The notes: generated by a model from the letters alone, not told the origin. Counted from the first letter of the stretch, positions 1 to 10,090 are shown. The stretch: DNA of 64,000 nt from Gemmatimonadota bacterium (GCA_040389905.1 JAZJZK010000041.1:1-64000), one strand, 5' to 3'. Translations and numbers: made by a program.

Positions 1-63
1 CGGCCGCTCACGCCACGGGACAACGCCTGGTATTTTTGCGCCAAGAAGTAACTAATCTGGGCG

Positions 64-430
64 GGGCGAGCGTACTGCTGGGGGAAGACCAGTCGTGTGC
101 AGCTTGGCATCGGCTCGACCACGAATGCGATCATCCCAACACTGGTGTCCAACGCGCTTTCGTTCACGGCTCTCGCCGCCGAGAACAACTTTACCTGCGG
201 TATCGGCGCGACTCACTATTGCTGGGGAGAGAATGCGCGTGGGTAGCCCGGCGACGGCACGTAGACCGGCAAGGTATCTCCGGTTGCGGTGTCAACCGCA
301 CTCGTATTTTACGTCAATTACGGCGGGACGCGGCTACACGTGCGCACTCATTTCGCGCGGCGCGGCCTACTGCTGGGGCGAGAACAACGGCGGCGAACTC
401 GGTGTCGGTGCGGCGTCCGGCGCGCGTTAG
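64..430 (+). pseudogene. Degraded RCC1-like (beta-propeller) repeat protein remnant
   Basis: Frame 1 from 64 reads GRAYCWGKTSRVQLGIGS...FTCGIGATHYCWGENARG*PGDGT* (TAG at 244 and 262). A +1 shift in the T-run at ~307-310 then gives FTSITAGRGYTCALISRGAAYCWGENNGGELGVG, stop at 428-430. Three YCWG RCC1-type repeats. Confidence 0.75.
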
Positions 431-781
431 GCGCCGTTGGCCGGCGTCTCACTCCGGGCGAACCCATTCGACTCGGCTCAGTGCAGGTTTTGGCGAGGCG
501 AGCGGGTCCGGAAAACTCATACCCGGAGTGCACCCGCCGATCACTTGCCTCGGGATGACAACAAGCTTCAGGACAGGTGAACTGATGATTGACACGTGGT
601 CCCACGGCACCCATCCTTTGGGTGCCACCCCGCGCGCCCACGTCGCGGACGCGCTGCGAATTCGGGCCGACCGATCCCTCTAAAGGCAATAGGCCCGACC
701 AGAAACGTCCGATAGTCCGTCCGGTTTCAGTTCGCCTCCGCCGCAAAGTATTTCGAAGTCCCTTTCCCCTCTTGGTGAGCG

Positions 782-3700
782 ATGACGTTCAAGCCATTCC
801 GCTTCGCGCTGCTCGCGCTGGTACTGATTTTCTCTCTCGTACGATGCGGCGCGGATTCTCCGACCGGTGTCGTCGCGATCGCACTCGATCTTTCATCGGC
901 GACGCTTCGAGTCGGTACCACCGTGCAGGTCAATGCGACGGTGACGGTCGGCGGCGTGACATCAACGCAGACCGTCACGTTCTCGTCTGACAACAGCGCG
1001 GTCTTGAGCGTCACCCCGACCGGGTTGATTCGCGCGCTCACCATCGGAACCGCGAACCTGACCGCGACGGCCAGCTCCGGCGAAACGAAGACCGCCCTGG
1101 TCACCGTCATCGCTGGACTTCCGTTCTCCGTCCAGAAGACGGCGGGTGACGGACTGACGGCGGTTGCCGGGACCACGACGGCCACGCCGCCGACCGTTGT
1201 CGTGCGCGATTCGGCTGGCAACCTGCTCTCCGGGGTTGCGGTGACGTTCGCCGTGGCAAGTGGGGGCGGTTCGGTGACCGGCGCCAGCGCGACGACGAAC
1301 GCTTCGGGCGTCGCAACGGCTGGTTCGTGGACACTCGGCCCGAATGCGGGCACCAATACATTGACGGCGACGGCGACTGGTGTCGCCACCTCGGCGATCT
1401 TCTCCGCCACCGGCACAGCGCCAGTTCCAAGTACCATCGCGATCAATGGCGGCAACGGCCAGACGGCAACCAGCGGATTGGCGGTGCCGGCCGCACCCTC
1501 CGTGATCGTTCGAAACAACCTCGGCCAGCCAGCCGCTGGAGTCACCGTCGTCTTCTCGGTGGGCGCGGGCGGTGGCGTCGTCACCGGCAGTACCCAGGTG
1601 ACCAATGCGAGTGGCATCGCCACGGTTGGTTCGTGGAACCTCGGTGCCGCCGGCGTGAATACGCTCAACGCGACCGCGGCTGGACTGCCCGCCGTGGTCT
1701 TCACCGCCACGGCAACGGCGGCACCATCGAACACGATGAGCGCCAATGGCGGGAATGGACAGAGTGCCGTGACTGGCACCGCCGTCGCCATTGCACCGTC
1801 CGTCATCGTGTTGACGAGCACCGGGCAGCCGGTTCCGGGCACGCAGGTGACCTTTGCCATCGCCTCGGGTGGCGGTTCGATCACCGGCGCCACAGCGATC
1901 ACCAATGCGAACGGCGTCGCCGCGGTCGGCTCCTGGACGCTCGGCGCTGTTGGAGCCAACACGTTGACGGCCTCGGCATCCGGGCTCGGGACGGTCACCT
2001 TCACAGCCACCGCCACCGCGGCGCCCACCGGCAGCCTCGTGTTGAGCGGTTCCTCGCTGTCCTTCGCCGCGGTCGTGAACGGAAACACGCCGTCTGCACA
2101 GAGCATCCAGGTCACGAACAGCGCGACCGGTACGCTGTCCGGTCTCGCGACGGGTACCATTTCCTATTCTGGCCTCGGGACTGGCTGGCTTTCGGTTAGC
2201 CTGAATGGCGCGACGACACCCGCAACGCTCACGGTAGCGATCGCCTCGGCACTGCCTCCCGGTACGTACGGCGCGAGCTTCCCCGTCACGGCGACGGGAG
2301 CGTCCAATAACCCGCAAACGGTCAGCGTCACCTTCGTTGTCGCACCAGCCTCGCAGATCATCGTGACGCAGCAGCCCGCCGGCGCGAGCACGGGGAATCT
2401 CCTCACAACCCAGCCGGTCGTTCGCGTGGCGGATGGCTTTGGCGGTACGATCACCGCCTTCAACGGTCCTGTCACGGCGACGTTGGTCGGGGCCGGCGGC
2501 GTGCTGAGTGGCACGACCACGGTCAACGCGGTGAACGGCATTGCCACCTTCACCAATCTTGTCGTCACCGGGGTTGGCACGTACAGCCTTGCGTTCAGCG
2601 CCACGGCATCGACCGGGACGTCCGCGACCTTCGCGGTCGCGCCATTGCCCCCGACGAAGTTGGGAATGGGCACGCAGCCCGCCGGCGCCGTCAGCAATAC
2701 GGTGTTCAGCACGCAACCGGTCGTAGAACTTCGCGACGTCAACGGGAATGTGGTTACGGGTGCGACCGGAAACGTCACGGTCGCTGTGACTGGCGAGTCC
2801 GGCCCTGGCACGCTCTCCGGCACGCTGACGGTGGCGGCGGTGAACGGCGTCGCCCGTTTCACGGACCTCAAGATTTCTGCCACCGGGTCGTACACGCTCG
2901 CCTTCACGTCTGGAACGCTGACGGGCATCAACTCGGCAACGTTCTCGGTGACCGCCTCGCCGCCAACCAACCTTGGCATCAGCACGCAGCCGGGTGGTTC
3001 GCAGACCGGGTCGGTCCTCACGACGCAACCAGTCGTGCTCGTTCGCGACTTCTCGCTGGCCACGGTCGTTGGCGCGACCAACGCGGTCACGGCGACGCTG
3101 AACGGCGCCGGCGGTACGCTGAGCGGCACGACGACAGTCAACGCCGTTAACGGCGTCGCCACGTTCACCGATCTCAAGATCACCGGCGCCGGCACGTACA
3201 CGATCACGTTCAACGCTGGACCGTTGGCTCCGGTCACGTCCGCCTCGATCATCGTAGCCGCGCTACCGCCCACGCAGTTGACGATTGGCACGCAGCCTGT
3301 TGGCGGAGGAACTGGGTTGCTCCTGCCGACCCAGCCTGTCATTCAGGTGAAGGATGCGTCGAACGGCGTCGTGAACGGTGCAACCAATGCCGTGACCGTG
3401 GCGCTCGTCGGCGCCGGCGGTACGCTGAGTGGCACGACCACGGTGAACGCGGTCAACGGCATCGCAACGTTCACTGACCTCAAGATCACGGGCGTCGGCA
3501 GCTACACGCTCTCGTTCACGTCGGGCGCGCTGACTGGCGTGACGTCCGGGACGGTCACCATCTCCACGCTCCCGCCGACCAAGCTGGTCGTGCAGACGCA
3601 GCCGAGTGCGTCCACGGTCTCGGGATCGGTCTTCGCGGCACAGCCGGTCGTCCAGGTCCAGGATCAATCGAACGGGGTCGTCGCCGCGGCAAACAACCCG

Positions 3701-6700
3701 GTGACCGCCACACTGAGCGGCGCAGGCGGAACGCTCTCTGGTACGACCACCGTCAATGCCGTCAACGGCATCGCGACCTTCACGGATCTGAAGGTGACGG
3801 GCGCCGGCACGTACACGATCATCTTCAGCGCCGGCGCGCTGACGTCGGCAACCTCGGCGTCGATTACCATCACGCCGCTGCCCGCGACGCAGTTGACCAT
3901 GCAGACGCAGCCGGGTGGTGCGAGCGCGAACGCGATCTTCACGACGCAGCCTATCGTGCAGGTGAGGGACGCATCGAATAGTGTCGTCGCAGGCGGGTCG
4001 AACCCGGTGACGGCGACGCTCGTCGGCACCGGCGGAACGCTCAGTGGCACGACGACGGTGAATGCCGTGAACGGCATCGCGACCTTTACGAACCTGAAGG
4101 TGTCCGCGGCCGGGACGTACTCCATCACGTTCAGCTCCGGCAGCCTCACGTCCGTCACGTCGGCGCCATTCACCGTCACCATCAATCCGGCGGTTTCGAT
4201 CGCGGTGAACGTTGGCGCCTCGGCGACGGCCAGTGCGGCGGTCGGCACGAACATCACCATCCCCGTTGGAATCGACATGGCCAATGGACAGGGGCAGAAC
4301 CTTGCCTCGCTGACGTTCAAGGTCACGTGGGATCCGACCAAGTTCGACTATGTAAGCCGCACCAACGGAACATTCGGAACCGCTGGCTCGTTCACGGTGA
4401 ACACGGCCAACACGGCAACGGGTGAACTGGCGGTTTCGGTGTTCGACAACGACGGCTTCTCGACGGGCGCGCCGACGATCCTCAACGTCACGCTGGCGCC
4501 GAAGGTTGCTGTTGCAGGCAGTACGGTGACCGCCACGGTCAGTGCTGCTGGTGATGTCAACGGCGTTTCGATCCCGCCGAGTGCATTCGCAGTCCGCGCG
4601 CTGTCGGTGACGACGGCGCCGGCGCCGGCCACCAAGCTGTCGATTCAGACGCAGCCGTCGGGCGCCGTCTCTGGCAGCACGCTAACGAACCAGCCGGTCA
4701 TTCAGATCCAGGATGCCTCGAGTGGCGTGGTGGTTGCGGCAACGAATTCCGTGACGGCGACGCTCGTCGGCTCAGGCGGTACGCTCTCCGGCACCACGAC
4801 GGTCGCTGCGGTCAACGGCATCGCGACGTTCACGGATTTGCAAGTGACCGGAGCGGGGACCTACACGATCACCTTCTCGTCGGGAGCGCTGGCGTCGGCG
4901 ACGTCGAACTCGATCACGATCACGCCGCAGCCGGCGACCAAGCTGGCCATCGCCACGCAGCCCGCGGGTGCAGCGTCGGGTGAACTGCTCTCCTCGCAGC
5001 CTGTGGTTCAGATCCAGGACGCATCGAACGGCGTTGTGACAGGTGCCACGAACTCCGTGACCGCAGCGCTCGGCGGCGGAAGCAGCGGCACGCTCTCCGG
5101 AACAACCACGGTTGTCGCGGTTGGCGGCGTGGCCACCTTCACCGACTTGAGAATCACGGGAGCGGGCAACAGTACGATTGTCTTCACGTCGGCCGCCCTC
5201 GCCTCGGCGACGTCGAACTCCATTTCCACGAGCGCGCTGCCGGCGACCAAGGTCGTGATCACCACGCAGCCGAGTGGTGCGTCGTCAGGATCGGTGCTGG
5301 CAACGCAGCCGGTCGTGCAGTTGCAGGATGCATCCAACACGGTCGTCGCCGGCGCGGGGAATTCCGTGACGGCGACGCTGAACGGATCTGGCGGAACGCT
5401 ATCCGGTACGACGACGGTCAATGCGGTCAACGGCACGGCGACCTTCACCGACCTCAAGGTGACGGGCGCGGGCAGCTACACGATCACGTTCACATCCGGA
5501 GCGCTCACGGCGGCAACGTCCAATAGCATCACGATCACTGCGCTGCCCGCGTCGCAACTCTTTGTCGCGGTGCAGCCGTCGTCGGGCGGAACCTCGGGTC
5601 AGCCGTTCACGACGCAGCCGGTCGTGCACATTCGGGACGCGGCGAACAGCCTGGTGACGACGGCCAACAACAACGTGACCGCGACGATCAATGGATCGGG
5701 CGGGCTGTTGTTCGGCACGACGACCGTCGCCGCAGTGAACGGTGTTGCGACCTTCACGGATCTCGATGCGATGCCTGCTGGTACCTACACACTGACCTTC
5801 GCCTCGGGCGGATTGACGTCGGCAACATCGGCGTCGTTCACCGTGGTGTCGGGCGCGGCGCATCACCTGGCCATCACGACGCAGCCGACTGGCAACGTGT
5901 CCGGCTCCAACCTGAACACGCAGCCCGTCGTCCGCGTCGAGGACATCACCAATTCGCCAGTCACGAGCAGCTCCGTCATCGTCACGGCGACCCTGGACGG
6001 TGCAGGCGGAACCCTCGGCGGCACGACTTCGGTCACGTCGGTCAATGGTGTCGCGACCTTCACCAACCTCAAGGTGACGGGAGCGGGCAACTACACGATC
6101 ACGTTCATCGCGAGCGGGCTGACGTCGGCAACGTCGAACAGCATTAACATCACGGCGCAGACCGCAACGCAACTCGCGATCACGACGCAACCGTCGCCGA
6201 ATGTGACGGGCGGGGTGGCATTCCCGACGCAACCGGTCGTCGAGATTCGAGACGGGTCTGGCAACCGGGTCGCGGGCTCAACGACGTCGGTGACGGCAAC
6301 GGTCAACGGGCCCGGTAATCTCCAGGGGACCACGACCGTGAACGCTGTGGACGGCGTTGCCACCTTCACGAATCTGAACCTGCGGCCCGCCGGTACGGTG
6401 ACGCTCACCTTCAGCTCGAGCGGCCTGACACCGGCGACCTCGAATTCCATCACGACGGTGGCAGGGCCGCCCGCAGTCGTCCACATCACGACGCAGCCTG
6501 CCGGTGCACAGTCCGGGGCGCTGCTGGCAACGCAGCCGGTCATCGACATTCGGGACAACGCGAGCTCGGTTGCCACGACGGCGACGAATGCGGTTACCGC
6601 GACATTGAACGGCGCTGGCGGGACGCTCAGCGGGACGACGACGGTGAACGCCGTCAATGGATTCGCGACGTTCACTGACCTCAGGGTGACGGGCGCGGGC

Positions 6701-8869
6701 AGCTACACCATCACCTTCAGCTCCTCGGGTCTGACCCCGGCGACGTCGAGCTCGTTTACGATTACCGCGGTGCCGGCCACCCAGCTTGCGGTTACCACCC
6801 AACCTGCTGGCGCCGCCTCTGGTGTGGCCTTCACGACGCAGCCAGTTGTTCAGGTGCGGGATGCGTCGAACGGACTCGTTGGCACGGCCGCTGACGCTGT
6901 CACGGCGACGCTCAACGGAGCCGGCGGAACATTGACCGGGACCACGACGGTGAACGCGGTGAATGGTGTTGCCACCTTCACCAATCTCGTCATCACTGGG
7001 CCTGGCTCGTACACCATCACCTTTAGCGCAGCAGGGCTGACGCCAGCCAACTCGGCGTCACTCACCGTTACGCCAGGGCCGGACAACAAGCTGGCGATGC
7101 AGACGCAGCCTGTCGGCGGCGCCACGCTGACGACGCAGCCAGTCGTTCGGGTCGAAGACGCGAATAGCGTCCTGACCACCTCGAACAGAAGCGTGACGGC
7201 GACCCTGAACGGCGGCGGCGGAACGTTGGGTGGTACCGCGACCGTGAATGCGGTGAATGGAATTGCCACCTTCACGAACCTCACCGTGACAGGAGCGGGA
7301 ACGTACACGCTCACCTTCTCGTCGAGTGGCGTGACGCCGGTGATCTCGGCGCCGTTCACCATCACGGGCACTCCGGCCAGCATCAACCTGAATGTGGGCG
7401 CCTCGGCGACGGCCGACGCCACGGTCGGAACAAATCTCGTGGTGCCGATCATCGCGGACATGTCGAACGCGCAGGGCCAGAACCTCGCGTCGGTGACGTT
7501 CAACTTCACGTGGGATCCGGCCAAGTTCGACTACGTGAGCCGGACCAACGGTACCTTCGGTGGCGGCGCGTCATACACGGTGAATACGGCGAACGCGGCG
7601 AGCGGCCAGTTGGCGGTCTCGATCTTCGACAACGACGGATTCTCGACGGGGTCGCCGACCATCCTCAGCGTCACGCTCTCGCCGAAAGTGGCGGTCACGG
7701 GGAGCGGCATCACGGTCGCAGTCAGCACAGCGGGTGACGTCAACGGTACCTCCATCCCGACGAGCAAGTTCGTGATTCGCCCGTTGTCCGTGACGACGAC
7801 GGGGGCAGCGGCGCCGACGCCCACCAAGCTGGGGATCCAGACCCAGCCTGGTGGTGCGATCAGCGGCAGTGCGATCAATCCGCAGCCAGTCGTTCAGGTG
7901 CAGGACGCCTCGAGCGTGACCGTTCCGGGGAACATCGCAGCAGTCACGGCGACGCTGAATGGCGCTGGCGGCACGCTCTCGGGCACCACGACGGTGAACG
8001 CCGTGAACGGTGTCGCGACCTTCTCCAACCTCGTGGTCACCGGGGCGGGGAGCTACACGATCACGCTCAGTTCGTCGGGTCTGACGCCGGTCACGTCGAA
8101 CAGCATTACCATCACGGCGTCCAACACACCGTCGCAACTCGCCATCAGCACCCAACCGAGCGGAGCCGTCTCCGGAGCGGCATTCACGACGCAACCAGTG
8201 GTGCAGATCCTCAACTCGTCCAATGCGCTCGTCACCACGGCGAACAACCAGGTGACGGCCACGCTCAACGGTGCCGGCGGTACGCTGATCGGCACCGCGA
8301 CGGTGACTGCGGTAAACGGTGTGGCGACCTTCTCTGGACTCGGGATTACCGGGGCTGGGAGCTACACGATTTCGTTCAGCGCAGCGAGCCTCACGTCAGC
8401 CACGTCGAGCAGCATCACGGTGACCTCGCCGCCCGCTGGGGCGACGATCAACCTGAACGTCGGCGCCAATGCGACGGCTACCGCGACGAACGGGACGAAT
8501 TTCTCGATACCGATTACGGCGGACATGTCCAACGCGCAGGGTCAAAACCTTGCGTCGATGACGTTCCAGGTCACGTGGGACAACACCAAGTTCGACTACG
8601 TGAGCCGTACGAATGGAACGTTCGGTGACGGGCCGTCGTACACGGTGAACACCAGCCAGACGTCGAGCGGAATCCTCACGGTATCCGTGTTCGACAACGA
8701 CGGCTTCTCGACGGGCGCTCCGGTGATCCTGACCGTAACGCTTCTTCCGAAGGCGTCGGCCACCAATACCCCCGTGGGCCTGTCCGTGACAACCGCTGGA
8801 GACGTCAACGGATCTACCATTCCACCGAGCAAGATCGTTGTCAGACCGCTATCGGTCACAACGCCGTAA
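782..8869 (+). CDS. Giant (2695 aa) putative surface lipoprotein: Ig-like (Big-2/Big-1-like) and BACON-like domains, 17 ~100-aa TQP repeats and 3 cohesin-like domains (scaffoldin-like)
   Basis: Signal peptide ending SLVR-C22 (atypical lipobox). Thr/Ala/Gly/Val/Ser-rich. Repeat consensus TQPxGAxSG..TQPVV..TLSGTTTVNAVNGVATFTDL..GAGTYTITF. Three ~140-aa modules (IPxxxDM..QGQNLAS..F..TWDxxKFDYVS..G.L.VS.FDNDG..IL.VTL) at ~4190-4615, 7376-7798 and 8441-8866. Confidence 0.9.
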   Translation: MTFKPFRFALLALVLIFSLVRCGADSPTGVVAIALDLSSATLRVGTTVQVNATVTVGGVTSTQTVTFSSDNSAVLSVTPTGLIRALTIGTANLTATASSGETKTALVTVIAGLPFSVQKTAGDGLTAVAGTTTATPPTVVVRDSAGNLLSGVAVTFAVASGGGSVTGASATTNASGVATAGSWTLGPNAGTNTLTATATGVATSAIFSATGTAPVPSTIAINGGNGQTATSGLAVPAAPSVIVRNNLGQPAAGVTVVFSVGAGGGVVTGSTQVTNASGIATVGSWNLGAAGVNTLNATAAGLPAVVFTATATAAPSNTMSANGGNGQSAVTGTAVAIAPSVIVLTSTGQPVPGTQVTFAIASGGGSITGATAITNANGVAAVGSWTLGAVGANTLTASASGLGTVTFTATATAAPTGSLVLSGSSLSFAAVVNGNTPSAQSIQVTNSATGTLSGLATGTISYSGLGTGWLSVSLNGATTPATLTVAIASALPPGTYGASFPVTATGASNNPQTVSVTFVVAPASQIIVTQQPAGASTGNLLTTQPVVRVADGFGGTITAFNGPVTATLVGAGGVLSGTTTVNAVNGIATFTNLVVTGVGTYSLAFSATASTGTSATFAVAPLPPTKLGMGTQPAGAVSNTVFSTQPVVELRDVNGNVVTGATGNVTVAVTGESGPGTLSGTLTVAAVNGVARFTDLKISATGSYTLAFTSGTLTGINSATFSVTASPPTNLGISTQPGGSQTGSVLTTQPVVLVRDFSLATVVGATNAVTATLNGAGGTLSGTTTVNAVNGVATFTDLKITGAGTYTITFNAGPLAPVTSASIIVAALPPTQLTIGTQPVGGGTGLLLPTQPVIQVKDASNGVVNGATNAVTVALVGAGGTLSGTTTVNAVNGIATFTDLKITGVGSYTLSFTSGALTGVTSGTVTISTLPPTKLVVQTQPSASTVSGSVFAAQPVVQVQDQSNGVVAAANNPVTATLSGAGGTLSGTTTVNAVNGIATFTDLKVTGAGTYTIIFSAGALTSATSASITITPLPATQLTMQTQPGGASANAIFTTQPIVQVRDASNSVVAGGSNPVTATLVGTGGTLSGTTTVNAVNGIATFTNLKVSAAGTYSITFSSGSLTSVTSAPFTVTINPAVSIAVNVGASATASAAVGTNITIPVGIDMANGQGQNLASLTFKVTWDPTKFDYVSRTNGTFGTAGSFTVNTANTATGELAVSVFDNDGFSTGAPTILNVTLAPKVAVAGSTVTATVSAAGDVNGVSIPPSAFAVRALSVTTAPAPATKLSIQTQPSGAVSGSTLTNQPVIQIQDASSGVVVAATNSVTATLVGSGGTLSGTTTVAAVNGIATFTDLQVTGAGTYTITFSSGALASATSNSITITPQPATKLAIATQPAGAASGELLSSQPVVQIQDASNGVVTGATNSVTAALGGGSSGTLSGTTTVVAVGGVATFTDLRITGAGNSTIVFTSAALASATSNSISTSALPATKVVITTQPSGASSGSVLATQPVVQLQDASNTVVAGAGNSVTATLNGSGGTLSGTTTVNAVNGTATFTDLKVTGAGSYTITFTSGALTAATSNSITITALPASQLFVAVQPSSGGTSGQPFTTQPVVHIRDAANSLVTTANNNVTATINGSGGLLFGTTTVAAVNGVATFTDLDAMPAGTYTLTFASGGLTSATSASFTVVSGAAHHLAITTQPTGNVSGSNLNTQPVVRVEDITNSPVTSSSVIVTATLDGAGGTLGGTTSVTSVNGVATFTNLKVTGAGNYTITFIASGLTSATSNSINITAQTATQLAITTQPSPNVTGGVAFPTQPVVEIRDGSGNRVAGSTTSVTATVNGPGNLQGTTTVNAVDGVATFTNLNLRPAGTVTLTFSSSGLTPATSNSITTVAGPPAVVHITTQPAGAQSGALLATQPVIDIRDNASSVATTATNAVTATLNGAGGTLSGTTTVNAVNGFATFTDLRVTGAGSYTITFSSSGLTPATSSSFTITAVPATQLAVTTQPAGAASGVAFTTQPVVQVRDASNGLVGTAADAVTATLNGAGGTLTGTTTVNAVNGVATFTNLVITGPGSYTITFSAAGLTPANSASLTVTPGPDNKLAMQTQPVGGATLTTQPVVRVEDANSVLTTSNRSVTATLNGGGGTLGGTATVNAVNGIATFTNLTVTGAGTYTLTFSSSGVTPVISAPFTITGTPASINLNVGASATADATVGTNLVVPIIADMSNAQGQNLASVTFNFTWDPAKFDYVSRTNGTFGGGASYTVNTANAASGQLAVSIFDNDGFSTGSPTILSVTLSPKVAVTGSGITVAVSTAGDVNGTSIPTSKFVIRPLSVTTTGAAAPTPTKLGIQTQPGGAISGSAINPQPVVQVQDASSVTVPGNIAAVTATLNGAGGTLSGTTTVNAVNGVATFSNLVVTGAGSYTITLSSSGLTPVTSNSITITASNTPSQLAISTQPSGAVSGAAFTTQPVVQILNSSNALVTTANNQVTATLNGAGGTLIGTATVTAVNGVATFSGLGITGAGSYTISFSAASLTSATSSSITVTSPPAGATINLNVGANATATATNGTNFSIPITADMSNAQGQNLASMTFQVTWDNTKFDYVSRTNGTFGDGPSYTVNTSQTSSGILTVSVFDNDGFSTGAPVILTVTLLPKASATNTPVGLSVTTAGDVNGSTIPPSKIVVRPLSVTTP

Positions 8870-8881
8870 GCGATGCGAAAA

Positions 8882-8920
8882 GGGCGGGTGCGGTCCCTCT
8901 AGAGGGAACGTACCCCGCCC
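8882..8920 (+). other. GC-rich intergenic stem-loop without U-tract (stabiliser/attenuator?)
   Basis: GGGCGGG...TCCCTCT/AGAGGGA...CCCGCCC inverted repeat 12 nt after the stop of the giant gene. Confidence 0.55.
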
Positions 8921-9031
8921 CGTGCGGTACAAGCTGGCGTGAAGCGGCGCCGGACTCTAGATTTCCCGTGGCACGAGATCACCCCCTGGCTAGGCGCGTC
9001 CCGCGCTCCGTCTGCCTCCCGAGGTCATTCA

Positions 9032-9559
9032 ATGATCAAGCATCGTGTAGTGCTCGCCGCAGTTCTCTGCGCCGCCGCAGCCTGTACCGACGACGCGACA
9101 CCGATTGCTTCACCGATCACGATGGTCCCGACCGGTGACGTGCAGGTGGTGATTCAACAGGACAAGAGCGTCGTGGGTGAAGACGCCGTGTTCATCGTCC
9201 AGGTTGTGGCCAACGGTCTTCCCGTGGCAGCGTATCAGGGTGACGTCACGTTCTCACCGGAAGCGATGAAGGTGATGTCCGTTCGCACCGCAGAGAACAA
9301 GGACGGGGAGTTCCGCGTCGTCAACAGCGAGCAGCTCGAGAGCGGCCACATCAAGTTCGCCGTGTTCGCTCCGGAAGCCCTGGGTTCTACCGAAGCGTTC
9401 CGCTTCGTTGCCCGGTTGAACGGCCCGCTGTCCGCCGCGAATGTCGTTGGTGCGCTCGACGTCGTTGGTGAGGCGAGTGGCGTGTCCGTTTCAACAAGCA
9501 AGATTCGGAAGAGCGTTGGCATTTATGACGCGCACACCAACGCGCTCATCGCTCGCTGA
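9032..9559 (+). CDS. Small lipoprotein with single cohesin-like domain
   Basis: GAGG RBS at 9021, ATG at 9032. MIKHRVVLAAVLCAAAA-C lipobox. VAAYQGDVTFSPEAMKVMSV...GHIKFAVF...AFRF is a cohesin-like strand pattern. Confidence 0.75.
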   Translation: MIKHRVVLAAVLCAAAACTDDATPIASPITMVPTGDVQVVIQQDKSVVGEDAVFIVQVVANGLPVAAYQGDVTFSPEAMKVMSVRTAENKDGEFRVVNSEQLESGHIKFAVFAPEALGSTEAFRFVARLNGPLSAANVVGALDVVGEASGVSVSTSKIRKSVGIYDAHTNALIAR

Positions 9560-9577
9560 GCCTTGACGGAGAGGCAA

Positions 9578-10078
9578 ATGTTCGTCGGACGTTCAGGGCG
9601 CGCCATCGGCCAATTCGCCGGTGGCGCGCTGTTGTTTGCGGCAGTGTCGGCGTTCACGCCAACCGCCGCCCACGCGCCAGCCGTTCCGAGCGTGCGTGTC
9701 GCGGTCGTGCGAGCCGCGGAGAGCACGGACAAGCGCATCGTGCTCTTCGTGCGCGTCGATGGAACCGGCCTCGTCCTCGGTTCGTATCAGGGGCACCTGC
9801 ACTTCGATCCCGCAGCCTTCGTCGTCGACTCCGCGGTCGCGGGCAAGGATGGCAGCCGGTACGTGAACCCGGCGGATGCACCAAAGGGTGCCATTCGATT
9901 TGCCGGCTTCACCACCTCGGGCTTCACCAGTAGCGACGCCGTTCGCATCGTCGGTCGCTCCCTCAAACCTCTCGCAGCCGCGAAGATCACGGCCGAGCTG
10001 GAAGTTGCGGGCGATCTGGATGGAAAAGCCGTGGCGAAGGCATCCCTCGTTTCCGCCACAAGCGTTACGGACAAGTAG
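9578..10078 (+). CDS. Small secreted protein with single cohesin-like domain
   Basis: GGAGAGG RBS at 9568, ATG at 9578; signal peptide. LGSYQGHLHFDPAAFVVDS...VN...GAIRFAGF...AGDLDG; resembles the upstream small protein and the scaffold modules. Confidence 0.75.
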   Translation: MFVGRSGRAIGQFAGGALLFAAVSAFTPTAAHAPAVPSVRVAVVRAAESTDKRIVLFVRVDGTGLVLGSYQGHLHFDPAAFVVDSAVAGKDGSRYVNPADAPKGAIRFAGFTTSGFTSSDAVRIVGRSLKPLAAAKITAELEVAGDLDGKAVAKASLVSATSVTDK

Positions 10079-10090
10079 TCCCGCTTGTTT

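Noticed and set aside
244..264. TAG read-through or recoding in the RCC1 remnant
   Set aside because: An accompanying frameshift indicates decay, and TAG is an ordinary stop for other genes here (e.g. ndk, dcd, fabH).
4545..4570. GDVNG at the end of each scaffold module as a possible dockerin
   Set aside because: Single, not duplicated, and lacks the following DxxD-helix pattern; it is the last turn of the cohesin-like module.
727..8859. Many long minus-strand ORFs opposite the giant gene (e.g. 962-3028, 727-2160)
   Set aside because: Antisense shadows of a GC-rich repetitive coding strand; no independent motifs.
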